Source of the DNA: a virus | Taxonomy: Duplodnaviria; Caudoviricetes | Virus record (IMG/VR): IMGVR_UViG_3300050331_000106 | Location: 1-35,174 of that record | Length of the DNA stretch: 35,174 nucleotides | Strand: one strand, 5' to 3' | Part shown: piece after piece, positions 24,653 through 34,635 of the stretch | How positions within the stretch are numbered: the stretch's first letter is position 1 | Layout: every line of letters begins with the position of its first letter | The notes under the pieces: generated by a model | The model's input: the letters and a program-made list of their open reading frames with translations, nothing else | Databases searched by the model: none | Told to the model about the DNA's origin: nothing | Made by a program: the position numbers and the translations under genes

Positions 24653-25053
24653 GCCTGCGCGAGAACGCCGTCGCCGCCGTCGCCGCCAAGCTGGTGGCCG
24701 GCGGCGTCGCGTCGGGCCGCGTCTACCGCAGCCGGCAGGATGCGCTCGCCGCCGACGAACTGCCCGCCGTGGTGGTCGAGCCGCTGTCGGAGAGCGCCAG
24801 CGAGGAAGTGCTCCGCATGCTCGACCGCACGCTCACCGTGCGCCTGTCGGTGTTCGGCAAGAGCACACCGGGCGACGCCGCGCTCGACGCCACCATCGCC
24901 GCCGCCGAGGCCGCGCTGCTGGCCGACCGCACGCTGGGCCTGGGAAGCGACGTGCAGGTATCCAGCTCGATCGAGACCAGCTGGGATTTTGGCGAGCAGG
25001 ACGGCGTGCGCGCCGATGTCGATTTCCAGATCAGCATGAGGACCCCGCTGTGA
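24649..25053 (+). CDS. Tail terminator-like protein
   Basis: MSLRENAV...GRVYRSR...ELPAVVV; precedes the tail tube gene. Confidence 0.7.
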   Translation: MSLRENAVAAVAAKLVAGGVASGRVYRSRQDALAADELPAVVVEPLSESASEEVLRMLDRTLTVRLSVFGKSTPGDAALDATIAAAEAALLADRTLGLGSDVQVSSSIETSWDFGEQDGVRADVDFQISMRTPL

Positions 25054-25181
25054 AAACTGCCCGCGACGGATACCGCTACGACGAAGCCACCCACCAGTGG
25101 GTGCAGGACGCCCCTGCCGCCGCCACGCCGGCACCCCAACCCAAACCCGAGCCCGCCCCGGCTCCAGCCAAAAAGGACTAA
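25050..25181 (+). CDS. Small Pro/Ala-rich protein (43 aa)
   Basis: GTGA overlap with the upstream stop; fills the gap before the tube gene. Confidence 0.5.
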   Translation: MKTARDGYRYDEATHQWVQDAPAAATPAPQPKPEPAPAPAKKD

Positions 25182-25184
25182 GCC

Positions 25185-26171
25185 ATGCCGCGCTATGCAC
25201 GCAACTCCGTGGTACTCGCCAAGATCGAGACGACCTACGGCACCGATCCCGTGCCGACCGGGGCGGCCAACGCCATCCTGGTGTCCAACCTGTCGATCAA
25301 CCCGCTCAAGGCCAACAACGTCGACCGCGACCTGGTGCGCGCCTACTTCGGCGGCAGCGAGCAGCTGGTCGGCTCGGCCCACGTCGAGGTGAGCTTCGAC
25401 GTCGAGTTCCAGCACAGCGGCACCGCCGGCACCGCCGCCGCGTGGGACCCGCTGCTGCAGGCGTGCGGCTTCACCGCCGGCTCCGTGCTCACCACCCCGG
25501 CGCGCGTCGAGCACCTGCTGGAAACCGCCTACGCCTCGCTCAAGTCGGCCACCATCTACTACTACGACGACGGCGTGCTGCACAAGCTGCTGGGCGCGCG
25601 CGGCTCGTTCTCGGTGAGCCTCAACATCGGCGAGCGCCCCACCTTCAAGTTCACGTTCCTCGGTCTCGACGGCGGCGTCACCGCAACGGCCAACGCCTCG
25701 CCGACGCTCACCGGATTCAAGACCCCGCTGGTGGTCACCGACCCCAACACCGGCGCGATCACGCTCGGCTGCACCTACGCCACCGGCGCGCTGTCCGCCG
25801 GCACCGAATACGTCGGCGCCGGTTTCGAGTTCGACATGGCCAACGACGTCGCCTTCACCGACCTGCTCGGCACCGCCGCCGCCACCGGCCAGAGCATCGA
25901 CCTCACCGACCGCAAGATGAGCGGCAAGATCCGCCTCGACCTCACCGCCGCCAACGAAGTCACCTTCATGACCGCCGTCAAGGCCAACACCGTGCAGTCG
26001 GTCGGCCTGGTGCACGGCACCACCGCCGGCTACAAGCTGCTGGTCTTCCTCCCCTCGGTGCAGCTGATCAACCCGACCAAGGAAGAGATCAACGGCCGCC
26101 GCCTGATCGGCTTCGACATGCGCGTGCTGCCGGTGGACGGCAACGACGAAATCAAGATCGTGGGCCTGTAA
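25185..26171 (+). CDS. Major tail tube protein
   Basis: VLAKIETTYGTDP N-terminus; position upstream of the chaperones and tape measure. Confidence 0.85.
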   Translation: MPRYARNSVVLAKIETTYGTDPVPTGAANAILVSNLSINPLKANNVDRDLVRAYFGGSEQLVGSAHVEVSFDVEFQHSGTAGTAAAWDPLLQACGFTAGSVLTTPARVEHLLETAYASLKSATIYYYDDGVLHKLLGARGSFSVSLNIGERPTFKFTFLGLDGGVTATANASPTLTGFKTPLVVTDPNTGAITLGCTYATGALSAGTEYVGAGFEFDMANDVAFTDLLGTAAATGQSIDLTDRKMSGKIRLDLTAANEVTFMTAVKANTVQSVGLVHGTTAGYKLLVFLPSVQLINPTKEEINGRRLIGFDMRVLPVDGNDEIKIVGL

Positions 26172-26480
26172 ATGCTGAAGCTCCAGCCCGAACCCACCTT
26201 CGTCGCGTCCGTCGTCGTGCCCGTGCCGGGCGGCGGCGATGCGCTCATCAACGTCACCTTCCGCCACAAGGGGCGCGCCGCGCTCAAGGAGTGGACCGCC
26301 AGCTTCGGCGGACGTGACGACGCCGACTGCCTGGACGAAGTGATCGCCGCCTGGGACGGCGTCGACGTCGACTACAGCCGCGCCCAGCTGGGCGTGCTGC
26401 TCGACGCCTACCCCGGCGCCGCGATGGCGCTGCTCAACCACTACGTCGGCGAACTGGGCCGGGCCAAGGCAAAAAACTGA
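26172..26480 (+). CDS. Tail assembly chaperone (gpG-like)
   Basis: Between tube and tape measure; ends GCA AAA AAC TGA slippery site. Confidence 0.85.
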   Translation: MLKLQPEPTFVASVVVPVPGGGDALINVTFRHKGRAALKEWTASFGGRDDADCLDEVIAAWDGVDVDYSRAQLGVLLDAYPGAAMALLNHYVGELGRAKAKN

Positions 26481-26785
26481 GGACGGCCGCCCGCCGACTG
26501 GTCGGCGGCCGTGACGACACCGACGCAGCACTCGCCGCCTTCGGCCTGGTGCGCGAAGGCGAAGACGGCGCCGGCGTGTGGCCGGAGCACGAGCAGGCGG
26601 TCAACGTGTTCGCCGCCCTGCTCACCCAGTGGCGCATGGCGCCGAAGGGCGGGGTGGTCGGGCTGGATTACGCGGCGATCCCCCCCACGCTCGAGCTGCT
26701 GGGGGTCGAGCGGGAAGCGTGGCCGGGGCTGTTCGAGCAGCTGCGGGTGATGGAAAACGAGGCCGTGAAGGTGATGAACGAATGA
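26477..26785 (+). CDS. Tail chaperone frameshift extension (gpT/DUF1799-like)
   Basis: Open in the -1 frame from the slippery site; VWPE...TQWR...GLDYAA...LRVMENEA. Confidence 0.8.
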   Translation: MRTAARRLVGGRDDTDAALAAFGLVREGEDGAGVWPEHEQAVNVFAALLTQWRMAPKGGVVGLDYAAIPPTLELLGVEREAWPGLFEQLRVMENEAVKVMNE

Positions 26786-28824
26786 CCGAACAGGCAAGAA
26801 TCGAACTCAGCGCCGTCGACAAGACCCGCGCCGCGTTCGACTCCCTGAAAAACAACCTCAAGTCGGCGGAGACCCAGTCGCGCTCGCTGTCGAGCGCGAT
26901 GGGCATGCTGGTGCCGTCGCTCACGCTGGCCGGGCTCGCCGCCGTTGCCAAGTCGAGCATCGACGCCGCAGACGCGCTCAACGACATGAGCCAGCGCACG
27001 CAGGTGTCGGTCAAGGATCTCGCATCGTTCAAGCTCGCCGCCGAGCAGAGCGGCACCAGCCTGGAGTCGGTAGGCAAGGCCATCCAGCGGCTCAACCTGT
27101 CGGTCAGCCAGGCCGCAACCGACAAGGGGATGGCGGAATCGCTGCGCAATCTCGGCATCACCTCGACCGATGCGCGCGAGCGCCTGTTCCAGCTTGCAGA
27201 CGCCTATGCAAAATCGGGCGGGCAGGGCAGGCAGCTGGCGGACATGCAGAAGGTGTTGAGCAAGAGCTATGCCGACACGCTGCCGCTGCTGTCGCAGGGA
27301 AGCCAGGCGCTGCGCGATTCTGCCATCGCGGCGGGATCGTACTCAGACGCGATGGCGAAGCTGGCCCCCGACGCCGACAAGTTCAACGACGAACTGGCCA
27401 GGATGAAGATCAATTCCGCCGGCGCCGGCGCGGCCATCTTGACAGACATCGTCCCGCCGATGGCCGACTGGCTGGGTTCGGTCAACGTGCTGATTGAAAG
27501 GTATGGCGTGCTCACCGGCGTGCTGGCCGGCATCGGCGCGGCGGCCGTACCTGGCATCACCGCTGGCGACCTCGCCGGCGATGTATCGGTGAGCGCGTTC
27601 AAGCGGCAGCTCGAGGATGCGAAAGACGAACTGAAGACCATCGAGGCGGCGACGAAGTCCGGCACCTTCGGACTGATCCAGCTCGCCCTCTACGGCTCCG
27701 AGGCCGATATGCGGCGCAAGGGCGAATACCTGCGCGGCAACATCAAGACGCTCGAAGAATCCATCGCCCAGTTCGAGGCGCGCGGCAAGGCGAAGCCGAA
27801 CGGCGTGCTAGGCGACAACGGGCAGCAACTCGCCTGCGTCGCCGGCGGCGGCACCTGGGACGGCACCCGCTGCATCCCCAAACCCGCCAAGGGCGGCGGC
27901 CACACGATCGACAAGGAAGCGCTCGCCGCCGAGGACCTCGCCGCCGCCTGGAAGCAGGCCGGCGACGAGCTGCAGCGCTACCAGGACGACCTCGCCTTCA
28001 TGGCCGACGTCGATCTCGCGCAGATGGGCGGGGTCAACGACATCGCACAGCAGTGGGCCGATGCCGGCCGCGCGCTGACCGACGACATGATGACCCCGCT
28101 GGAAAAGGCCAATGTCGAATTCGGCCGCCTCGACGAGCTGCTCGCGCGCGGCGTCATCAGCTGGGAGACCTACGGCCGCGCGGTGTTCAAGACGCAGGAA
28201 TCGCTCGACCAGCTGCCGCCAAAAATCAGCGCCGCCGACGAGGCCGCCCAGCAGTTCGGCGTCACCTTCACCTCCGCGCTCGAAGACGCGATCGTCAACG
28301 GCGAGGCCGTCGGCGACATGCTGAAAGGGCTGGAGCAGGACCTCGCCCGCATGATCGTGCGCATGAGCGTCACCGAGCCGCTGATGGCCGCGGTCAAGGG
28401 CACCGACTGGGGCAGCGTCCTCGGCAACCTGTTCGCCAACGCCGACGGCGGCGTGTACAGCAGCCCCGGCCTGTCGGCGTATTCCGGCAGCGTGGTCGAC
28501 CGCCCCACGCTGTTCCCCTTCGCCGCCGGCGCCGGGCTGATGGGCGAAGCGGGAGCGGAGGGTATTTTTCCGCTGAAGCGCGGCGCGGACGGCAAGCTCG
28601 GCGTGCAGGCCAGCGGCGGCGGCGGCGTGCAGGTCAACGTCATCAACAACGCCGGCGGCACCCAGGCCACGGCGACCGAACGCGAGGAGAACGGCGTGCG
28701 CATCGTCGATGTGATGGTCGAGCAGGTCGAGGGCGCGATGAGCCGGCGGCTGGGCCGCGGCGAAGGGCTGGCCCCGGTGATGGAGCGCCGCTACGGCCTC
28801 AACCCGGCGGCGGGAGCGTACTAA
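26782..28824 (+). CDS. Tail tape measure protein
   Basis: 680 aa Ala-rich helical; C-terminal GLMGEAGAEGIFPLKRG lambda-type motif. Confidence 0.9.
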   Translation: MTEQARIELSAVDKTRAAFDSLKNNLKSAETQSRSLSSAMGMLVPSLTLAGLAAVAKSSIDAADALNDMSQRTQVSVKDLASFKLAAEQSGTSLESVGKAIQRLNLSVSQAATDKGMAESLRNLGITSTDARERLFQLADAYAKSGGQGRQLADMQKVLSKSYADTLPLLSQGSQALRDSAIAAGSYSDAMAKLAPDADKFNDELARMKINSAGAGAAILTDIVPPMADWLGSVNVLIERYGVLTGVLAGIGAAAVPGITAGDLAGDVSVSAFKRQLEDAKDELKTIEAATKSGTFGLIQLALYGSEADMRRKGEYLRGNIKTLEESIAQFEARGKAKPNGVLGDNGQQLACVAGGGTWDGTRCIPKPAKGGGHTIDKEALAAEDLAAAWKQAGDELQRYQDDLAFMADVDLAQMGGVNDIAQQWADAGRALTDDMMTPLEKANVEFGRLDELLARGVISWETYGRAVFKTQESLDQLPPKISAADEAAQQFGVTFTSALEDAIVNGEAVGDMLKGLEQDLARMIVRMSVTEPLMAAVKGTDWGSVLGNLFANADGGVYSSPGLSAYSGSVVDRPTLFPFAAGAGLMGEAGAEGIFPLKRGADGKLGVQASGGGGVQVNVINNAGGTQATATEREENGVRIVDVMVEQVEGAMSRRLGRGEGLAPVMERRYGLNPAAGAY

Positions 28825-29184
28825 ATGGCGACCTGGCCCACCACCCTGCCAAGCCCGGAGAAAGACGGCTATCAGATCACGCCGATGGCGCAGACGATCC
28901 GCACCGAGATGGAGACCGGCATGCCGCGCGTGCGCCGACGTAGCGCCGCCCGCATGGACCAGGTGACGGTCGCATGGAAGTTCACCGACGCGCAGATGCA
29001 GATTTTCCGCACCTGGTTCAATTCGGCGACCGACGCCGCAGGCGGGGCGTCGTGGTTCACCATCGACCTCGCCGTCGGCGAGACCGGGGTCGAGCCTGTC
29101 GAGGCGCGCTTCTCCGGCGAGTGGACGGCTGACATGCTGGCCGGCATCAACTGGCGGGTCTCCGCCAAGCTCGAGGTGCGCTGA
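28825..29184 (+). CDS. Distal tail / minor tail protein
   Basis: IRTEMETGMPRVRRR motif; follows the tape measure gene. Confidence 0.75.
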   Translation: MATWPTTLPSPEKDGYQITPMAQTIRTEMETGMPRVRRRSAARMDQVTVAWKFTDAQMQIFRTWFNSATDAAGGASWFTIDLAVGETGVEPVEARFSGEWTADMLAGINWRVSAKLEVR

Positions 29185-29711
29185 TGCCAGATCCCGCGCT
29201 CTCCGCCGCGATCAAGGAGGCCTACGCCTCCGCCCCGGCGGACGAGATCATCTACCACACGCTGGAGTTCCGCCACCCAGACTTCACGGTGCCGATCCGC
29301 GTGGTGCGCGACGTCGCCGACCTCACCGCCACGCTCGAGGCCGCAGCGCCGCTCAACCCGTCGACCGCGGTGCTGTTCACCGGCTTCGCGTTCGAGTTCA
29401 GCATGCCCGAGCTTGGCCGCGCCGCGAGCCCGGAGATCGTGATCAGCATCGACAACGTCGGCCGCGAGATCATGGGATACCTCGACCTGGCCGCGCAGTC
29501 GGCCGACCTGATCGAGGTCACCTACCGGCCGTTCCTGTCGTCCGACCTCACGGCGCCGCAGATGGACCCGCCGATCACGCTGGTGGTGCGCGAAGTCAAG
29601 GCCGACATTTTCAAGATCGAATGCCGCGCGACCTACGGCGACTTCGCCAACCGCAAGTTCCCGAGCGAGGTCTACGACGCGCAGCGCTTCCCGGGGCTGA
29701 TCGCAACATGA
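29184..29711 (+). CDS. Minor tail protein (DUF1833-like)
   Basis: EAYASAP...TLEFRHP...FPGL pattern and position. Confidence 0.75.
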   Translation: MPDPALSAAIKEAYASAPADEIIYHTLEFRHPDFTVPIRVVRDVADLTATLEAAAPLNPSTAVLFTGFAFEFSMPELGRAASPEIVISIDNVGREIMGYLDLAAQSADLIEVTYRPFLSSDLTAPQMDPPITLVVREVKADIFKIECRATYGDFANRKFPSEVYDAQRFPGLIAT

Positions 29712-30097
29712 CACCCGAACAGTTCTTCAAGTCGGTGATCGGCCGCCCCTACGCGCTCGGCGAATTGGGCCCGGATGCCTTCGACTGCTGGGGGCTGGTG
29801 CGCCACTACTACCGGACCATGCGCGGCATGGACCTGCCGGTGGTCGACGCCGAGCGCACGCTGGCGATCGCACGCGCCTTCTCCAACAACGCCGAGCGCG
29901 ACAACTGGGTCGAGGTGTGGCACCCGGCCGAGGGCGACGCGGTGCTGATGGGGCAGGCGCGCCGCCCGCACCATGTCGGCCTGTGGCTCGGCGGCGGCGT
30001 GCTGCACGCGGTCGAGGGCGCCGGGGTGATCTACACCACCGCGCCCATGCTGCGTTTCGGCGGCTGGAACGTCATCGGCTACTACCGGCACACCTGA
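29708..30097 (+). CDS. NlpC/P60 tail tip assembly protein
   Basis: GPDAFDCWGLV...HHVGLW...VLHA catalytic Cys/His motifs. Confidence 0.88.
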   Translation: MTPEQFFKSVIGRPYALGELGPDAFDCWGLVRHYYRTMRGMDLPVVDAERTLAIARAFSNNAERDNWVEVWHPAEGDAVLMGQARRPHHVGLWLGGGVLHAVEGAGVIYTTAPMLRFGGWNVIGYYRHT

Positions 30098-30099
30098 CC

Positions 30100-33027
30100 A
30101 TGCGCGCAGCCGTCATCCACGTCTCCAACCCGTTCCGCCCCGAGTTGTCGCGGCGGATAACGCCGCTCACCCGCCGCCGCCGCATCCGCGCGCTGGCGCC
30201 GAAGACGAAGCAGCCGACCATCGCGCTGCTGAACGGCCGCGCAGTGCTGCGCGCCGAGTGGGGACGCAGGCTCGGCGACGGCGACGTGCTACTGTTCGTC
30301 GCGCTGCCGGCCGGCGGCGGCGGCGGCTCAAACCCGCTGCGCATCGTGCTGATGATCGCGGTGGCGTACTTTGCGCCAGCGGCGGCGGGCGCGCTCAATG
30401 GCGCGCTTGGCCTCGGGCTTGCCGCAGGATCTGCGGGCATGTCGGCGCTGACCGGGCTGGTAGGTCTCGCCGGCAACATGCTGATCAACACGCTGGTGCC
30501 GCCGCCCAAGCCGCCCAGCCCGCAGCAGGCCGCGTCGCTCGCTGCGCCTTCTCCCACCTACAACCTCGGCGCGCAGGGCAACATGGCGCGCTTCGATTCG
30601 CCGATCCCGGTGGTATACGGCCGCCACGTGCTCTACCCGGACTTCGCCGCGCAGCCCTACACCGAATACGCCGGCAACGAGCAGTTCCTCTACGAGCTCT
30701 TGTGCATTGGCCAGGGCAGCTACGACGTCGAGACGATCCGCATCGAGGACACCACGGTCGAGGGCAGCCCGATCAGCGACGGCGCGGTGCACGCCGCCGG
30801 CGGCGTCTACCAGGAGATCGACTACCAGATCATCGGCCCCGGCGGCACGGTGACGCTGTTCCCGGCCAACGTGGTGAACGTCACCGAGGTCGCCGGCCAG
30901 GAGCTGGTGACGCGCAAGAGCGGCACCTACGCGATGACCGGCACCACCACGGTGACCGTGACCGAGACCGCGCACGCCCGCACGGTCGGCCAGTGGGTGC
31001 GCTTCGACGCCACCACCGGCACCGGCGTAGACGGCGTGTTCCAGATCGCCACGGTGCCGACCGCCGACACCTGGACCTTCACCGCGGCGGCCGCCGCCAC
31101 CACCAGCGGCGACTGCACGCTCGACACCTTCGTCGGCCCGTTCGTCGCCACCGCCGCCGGCAACGACGCCAACACCATCGGCACCGACTACGTGATGCCG
31201 CGCGGCCTGTACTACTTCGAGACCGACGGCCGGCTGACGCAGAAGACCGTCTCCGCGCTGCTCTACGCGCGCGCGATCGACGCCGACGGCCTCCCGACCG
31301 GGTCATGGATCAACATCAGCGGCGCTGGCCTCAGCCACACCGCGGCGACGACCACGCCGCAGCGCGTCAGCATGAAGCATTCGCTCGCCGCCGGCCGTTA
31401 CGAGATCATGGCCTGCCGCACCGACGTGCAGGACACCAGCAGCCAGGCCGGGCACGAGCTGACGTGGGGCACCGCGCGCGCCTACCTGCCGGGATTGCAG
31501 AACTACGGCGACGTGACGCTGCTGGCGTTGAGGATGCGCGCGACCAACAGCCTCAGCCAGGCGGCCAGCACGAAGATCAATGTCATCACCAACCGCAAGC
31601 TGCAGGCCTGGAACGGAACCAGCTGGAACACGGCGGCCGCGACCCGCAGCATCGCCTGGGCGCTCGCCGACATCGCCCGCGCGACCTACGGCGGCAAGCG
31701 CGTCGACGCGCGCATCGACCTAGACGGCTTGGCCGCGCTCGACGCGATCTGGACCGCGCGCGGCGACCGCTTCGACGGCGTGTTCGATTCGACCATGACG
31801 GTGTGGGAGTCGCTGCAATCCGTGGCCAAGGCGGGCCGCGCGATCCCGGTCGAGCAGGGCGGGGTGCTGCGCTTCGTGCGCGACGGGGCGGAGACGCTGC
31901 CGGCGGCCATGTTCACCACCCGCAACATCGTCAAGAATTCGCTGGCGCTCGACTACTCGATGCCGAGCGACGAGACCGCAGACGCCATCGACGTCGAATA
32001 CTTCGATGCCGGCGTGTGGCAGCCGCGCGTAGTACGCGCCGCGCTGCCGGGGTCGGCCGAGTCGACCGTGGCGAAGGTGAAGCTGTTCGGCGTCACCAGC
32101 CGCGACCAGGCCTGGCGCGAGGGCATGTACATGGCCGCGTGCAACCGCTACCGCCGCCGCCACGTCAGCTTCAGCACCGAGATGGACGGCTTCATCCTCG
32201 GCCTGGGCGACCTGATCGCGCTGCAGCACGACATGCCGACCTGGGGCCAGTCTGGCGAGGTGGTCGCCTACGATGGCGGCCTTGCCGTCACCGCCAGTGA
32301 GCCGCTCGACTTCTCGGCTGGCGGCACCCACTACATCGCCTTCCGCAAGCGCGACGGCTCGGTCGATGGCCCATACAGCGTGACCGCCTCGCTGCTGACG
32401 GCCGACTCTGCGCTCACTGCCGACTCGCTGATCACCTCCGACGGCGCCTCCAACCACGCGCTCATCGACTCGCCAAGCGCACACATCTACACCGGCGGCG
32501 CCGCCGAGCGCACCCACTACGCCTTCGGCCCGGCCGACGCGCAGTACATCCGCGCCCGCGTCGTCTCGGTGCGCCCGCGCTCGGACAGCCAGGTCGAGGT
32601 CTCGGCGGTGATCGAATCCGACTTCGTGCACACCGCCGAGACCGGTGCCATCCCGGACGCCTCGGCGTGGCAGCTGCCGACCCTGATCACCATGCCGGCG
32701 CTCACCGGCCTGCTGGTCCGCTCCAGCCCGGCCGCCGCCGACCTCATGTTCCTGAGCTGGCAAGCGAGCCCCGGTGCCGACCATTACCTGATCGAGGTCT
32801 CGGACTCCGGCAACGGATGGACACGCATCGGAGAGACCAGCGGCACTACCTTCACCGCCGAGGCAACCTACGCCGCGCGCACCTATATCCGCGTGGCCCC
32901 GGTCGGCGCGGTCCGGGGCGCATGGGTCGAGGTCGCCTACGGATCTAGCGCCAGTTACATGTGGGACCCCGTCGACACGACGCTCATGTGGAGCGCCGTC
33001 GACACAACCAAGATGTGGAGATATTAA
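30100..33027 (+). CDS. Tail tip / host-specificity protein (gpJ-like, with gpI-like N-terminus)
   Basis: 975 aa; PIPVVYGRH, FTTRNIV, GVTSRDQAWREG; C-terminal Fn3-like region. Confidence 0.88.
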   Translation: MRAAVIHVSNPFRPELSRRITPLTRRRRIRALAPKTKQPTIALLNGRAVLRAEWGRRLGDGDVLLFVALPAGGGGGSNPLRIVLMIAVAYFAPAAAGALNGALGLGLAAGSAGMSALTGLVGLAGNMLINTLVPPPKPPSPQQAASLAAPSPTYNLGAQGNMARFDSPIPVVYGRHVLYPDFAAQPYTEYAGNEQFLYELLCIGQGSYDVETIRIEDTTVEGSPISDGAVHAAGGVYQEIDYQIIGPGGTVTLFPANVVNVTEVAGQELVTRKSGTYAMTGTTTVTVTETAHARTVGQWVRFDATTGTGVDGVFQIATVPTADTWTFTAAAAATTSGDCTLDTFVGPFVATAAGNDANTIGTDYVMPRGLYYFETDGRLTQKTVSALLYARAIDADGLPTGSWINISGAGLSHTAATTTPQRVSMKHSLAAGRYEIMACRTDVQDTSSQAGHELTWGTARAYLPGLQNYGDVTLLALRMRATNSLSQAASTKINVITNRKLQAWNGTSWNTAAATRSIAWALADIARATYGGKRVDARIDLDGLAALDAIWTARGDRFDGVFDSTMTVWESLQSVAKAGRAIPVEQGGVLRFVRDGAETLPAAMFTTRNIVKNSLALDYSMPSDETADAIDVEYFDAGVWQPRVVRAALPGSAESTVAKVKLFGVTSRDQAWREGMYMAACNRYRRRHVSFSTEMDGFILGLGDLIALQHDMPTWGQSGEVVAYDGGLAVTASEPLDFSAGGTHYIAFRKRDGSVDGPYSVTASLLTADSALTADSLITSDGASNHALIDSPSAHIYTGGAAERTHYAFGPADAQYIRARVVSVRPRSDSQVEVSAVIESDFVHTAETGAIPDASAWQLPTLITMPALTGLLVRSSPAAADLMFLSWQASPGADHYLIEVSDSGNGWTRIGETSGTTFTAEATYAARTYIRVAPVGAVRGAWVEVAYGSSASYMWDPVDTTLMWSAVDTTKMWRY

Positions 33028-34050
33028 ATGACAGCCCTGCCACCCAGCACCGACTTCACCGGCGCCAGCATTACCGAGGCGCAGTTCAAGACAGCGATCA
33101 CCGCCCTGCGCGACTACCTGTCAGCCCAGTTCGGAACCGCCGGCGACGTCGCCACCGCGCTCGCCACCCTAGGCGCGCTTGGCAGTTCGACCGTCGCCAA
33201 GACCGGAGCCTATACCGTGGTGACCACCGACCGCGGCAAACTGATCACTTGCTCCGGCACATTCACCCTCTCGCTCACCGCCGCGGCGACGCTGGGCGAC
33301 GGCTTCAGCTTTGCAGTGGCCAACACCGGCACCGGTACCATCACCATCGACCCTAACAGCACCGAGCTGATCGATGCTGCCGCGACCGTGAGCCTCGGCG
33401 CCGGCGAGACGTGCGTGGTGACGTGCACCGGCGGGACGGCGTTCAGGACGGTAGGCAAGCCGACGGCGAACGGCGAGTTCAGGTCACAGCAGATTTTCGG
33501 CAGCAGCGGGAGCTATAACAAGCCGGCTGGTCTCAAGCGGGTGAAGGTGACGGTGGTGGGCGGCGGCGGCGGGTCGGGCGGTGCTTATGCGCCCAACTAT
33601 GCCGCCGCAACCAGCCAGGCCGGTGGAGGCGCCGGCGCATCTGAGAAAGTGATCGAAGCGAGCTCGCTATCCGCATCCGAGACGGTTACCGTGGGGGGTA
33701 GTGGCGGCGGCGGATCTGGGACGAATCCTCCCACAGCGGGTGGCAGTGGCGGATCGTCGTCGTTTGGCGCCCACTGCTCGGCGACAGGCGGCGGCGGTGG
33801 ACTGGGGGCATTAGGCCCTCTTGAGTACACACAGTCTGCCGCTCCTGGAATCGGTAGCGGTGGAAACATCAATTATCGCGGCTTGAAACAAGATTTCAGC
33901 GAGGGCGGCTCGTCGCTCTACGGTGGGTGCGCGATCAATGGTGCGCCAGCAGTATATGGTGCGGGTGGCGGGTCGCGGATAAGCTCAAACCTGGGAGCGA
34001 ACGGCATCACAGGCGGCGGCGGTGTCGTCATCGTCGAGGAGTTCTTCTGA
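33028..34050 (+). CDS. Tail fibre protein with glycine-rich C-terminal domain
   Basis: KTGAYTVVTTDRGKLI segment; KVTVVGGGGG...GGGGVVIVEEF glycine-rich domain. Confidence 0.8.
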   Translation: MTALPPSTDFTGASITEAQFKTAITALRDYLSAQFGTAGDVATALATLGALGSSTVAKTGAYTVVTTDRGKLITCSGTFTLSLTAAATLGDGFSFAVANTGTGTITIDPNSTELIDAAATVSLGAGETCVVTCTGGTAFRTVGKPTANGEFRSQQIFGSSGSYNKPAGLKRVKVTVVGGGGGSGGAYAPNYAAATSQAGGGAGASEKVIEASSLSASETVTVGGSGGGGSGTNPPTAGGSGGSSSFGAHCSATGGGGGLGALGPLEYTQSAAPGIGSGGNINYRGLKQDFSEGGSSLYGGCAINGAPAVYGAGGGSRISSNLGANGITGGGGVVIVEEFF

Positions 34051-34289
34051 TGTCCTCCCGTGCCGCAGCTCGCGCCGCCGCCATCGCCCAGGCTGCCGCC
34101 GACGCCGAATCCGAAGCGATCCGGTCCAGCGTCAAGGCCGACGCTTTCGTCGCGCAGTTCGTCGCCATGACGCCGGCGCAACTCGCCGCCTACGTCGACG
34201 CCAACCTCACCGACCTGGCGGCGGCCAAGCTCATGATCAAGCGCCTGGCGCTGATGCTGCTGCTCATGGCCCAGCGTGAGTATCGGTGA
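34050..34289 (+). CDS. Hypothetical protein (possible fibre chaperone)
   Basis: TGATG coupling to the fibre gene, 79 aa. Confidence 0.6.
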   Translation: MSSRAAARAAAIAQAAADAESEAIRSSVKADAFVAQFVAMTPAQLAAYVDANLTDLAAAKLMIKRLALMLLLMAQREYR

Positions 34290-34324
34290 CGCTGAAAACA
34301 ATTTCCAACAGGAGGGGAAACGGA

Positions 34325-34627
34325 ATGCCCGAAAAAATCGCCAATCTCACCGCCGAGTGGTGGCAGACCATCATCCAGGCGCTGGCTTTCTCCGGGATCG
34401 GCGTGCTGATCGCGCTGGGGCAGATCCTCCAGGTGAAGGAGCCGATCACCTGGCGAGCCGCGCTCGGACGCTGCATCACCACCGGCGGCATCGCCCTGGT
34501 GGCCGGCGCCACCCTCACGCTGTTCCCGGGCATCCCGTTCATCGCGCAGATCGGCATCGCGGCAATGCTGGCCAGCCTCGGCAACTCCGGGCTCGAGCTG
34601 CTGATCCACCGGCTGTTGAACCGCTAG
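34325..34627 (+). CDS. Holin
   Basis: 100 aa with 2-3 TM segments directly before the endolysin; GGAGG RBS. Confidence 0.8.
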   Translation: MPEKIANLTAEWWQTIIQALAFSGIGVLIALGQILQVKEPITWRAALGRCITTGGIALVAGATLTLFPGIPFIAQIGIAAMLASLGNSGLELLIHRLLNR

Positions 34628-34635
34628 GGGCGACC

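Noticed and set aside
30100-34050. Second DGR target (VR) in gpJ or the tail fibre
   Set aside because: No similarity to TR seen at the 3' ends of these genes or elsewhere in the window.
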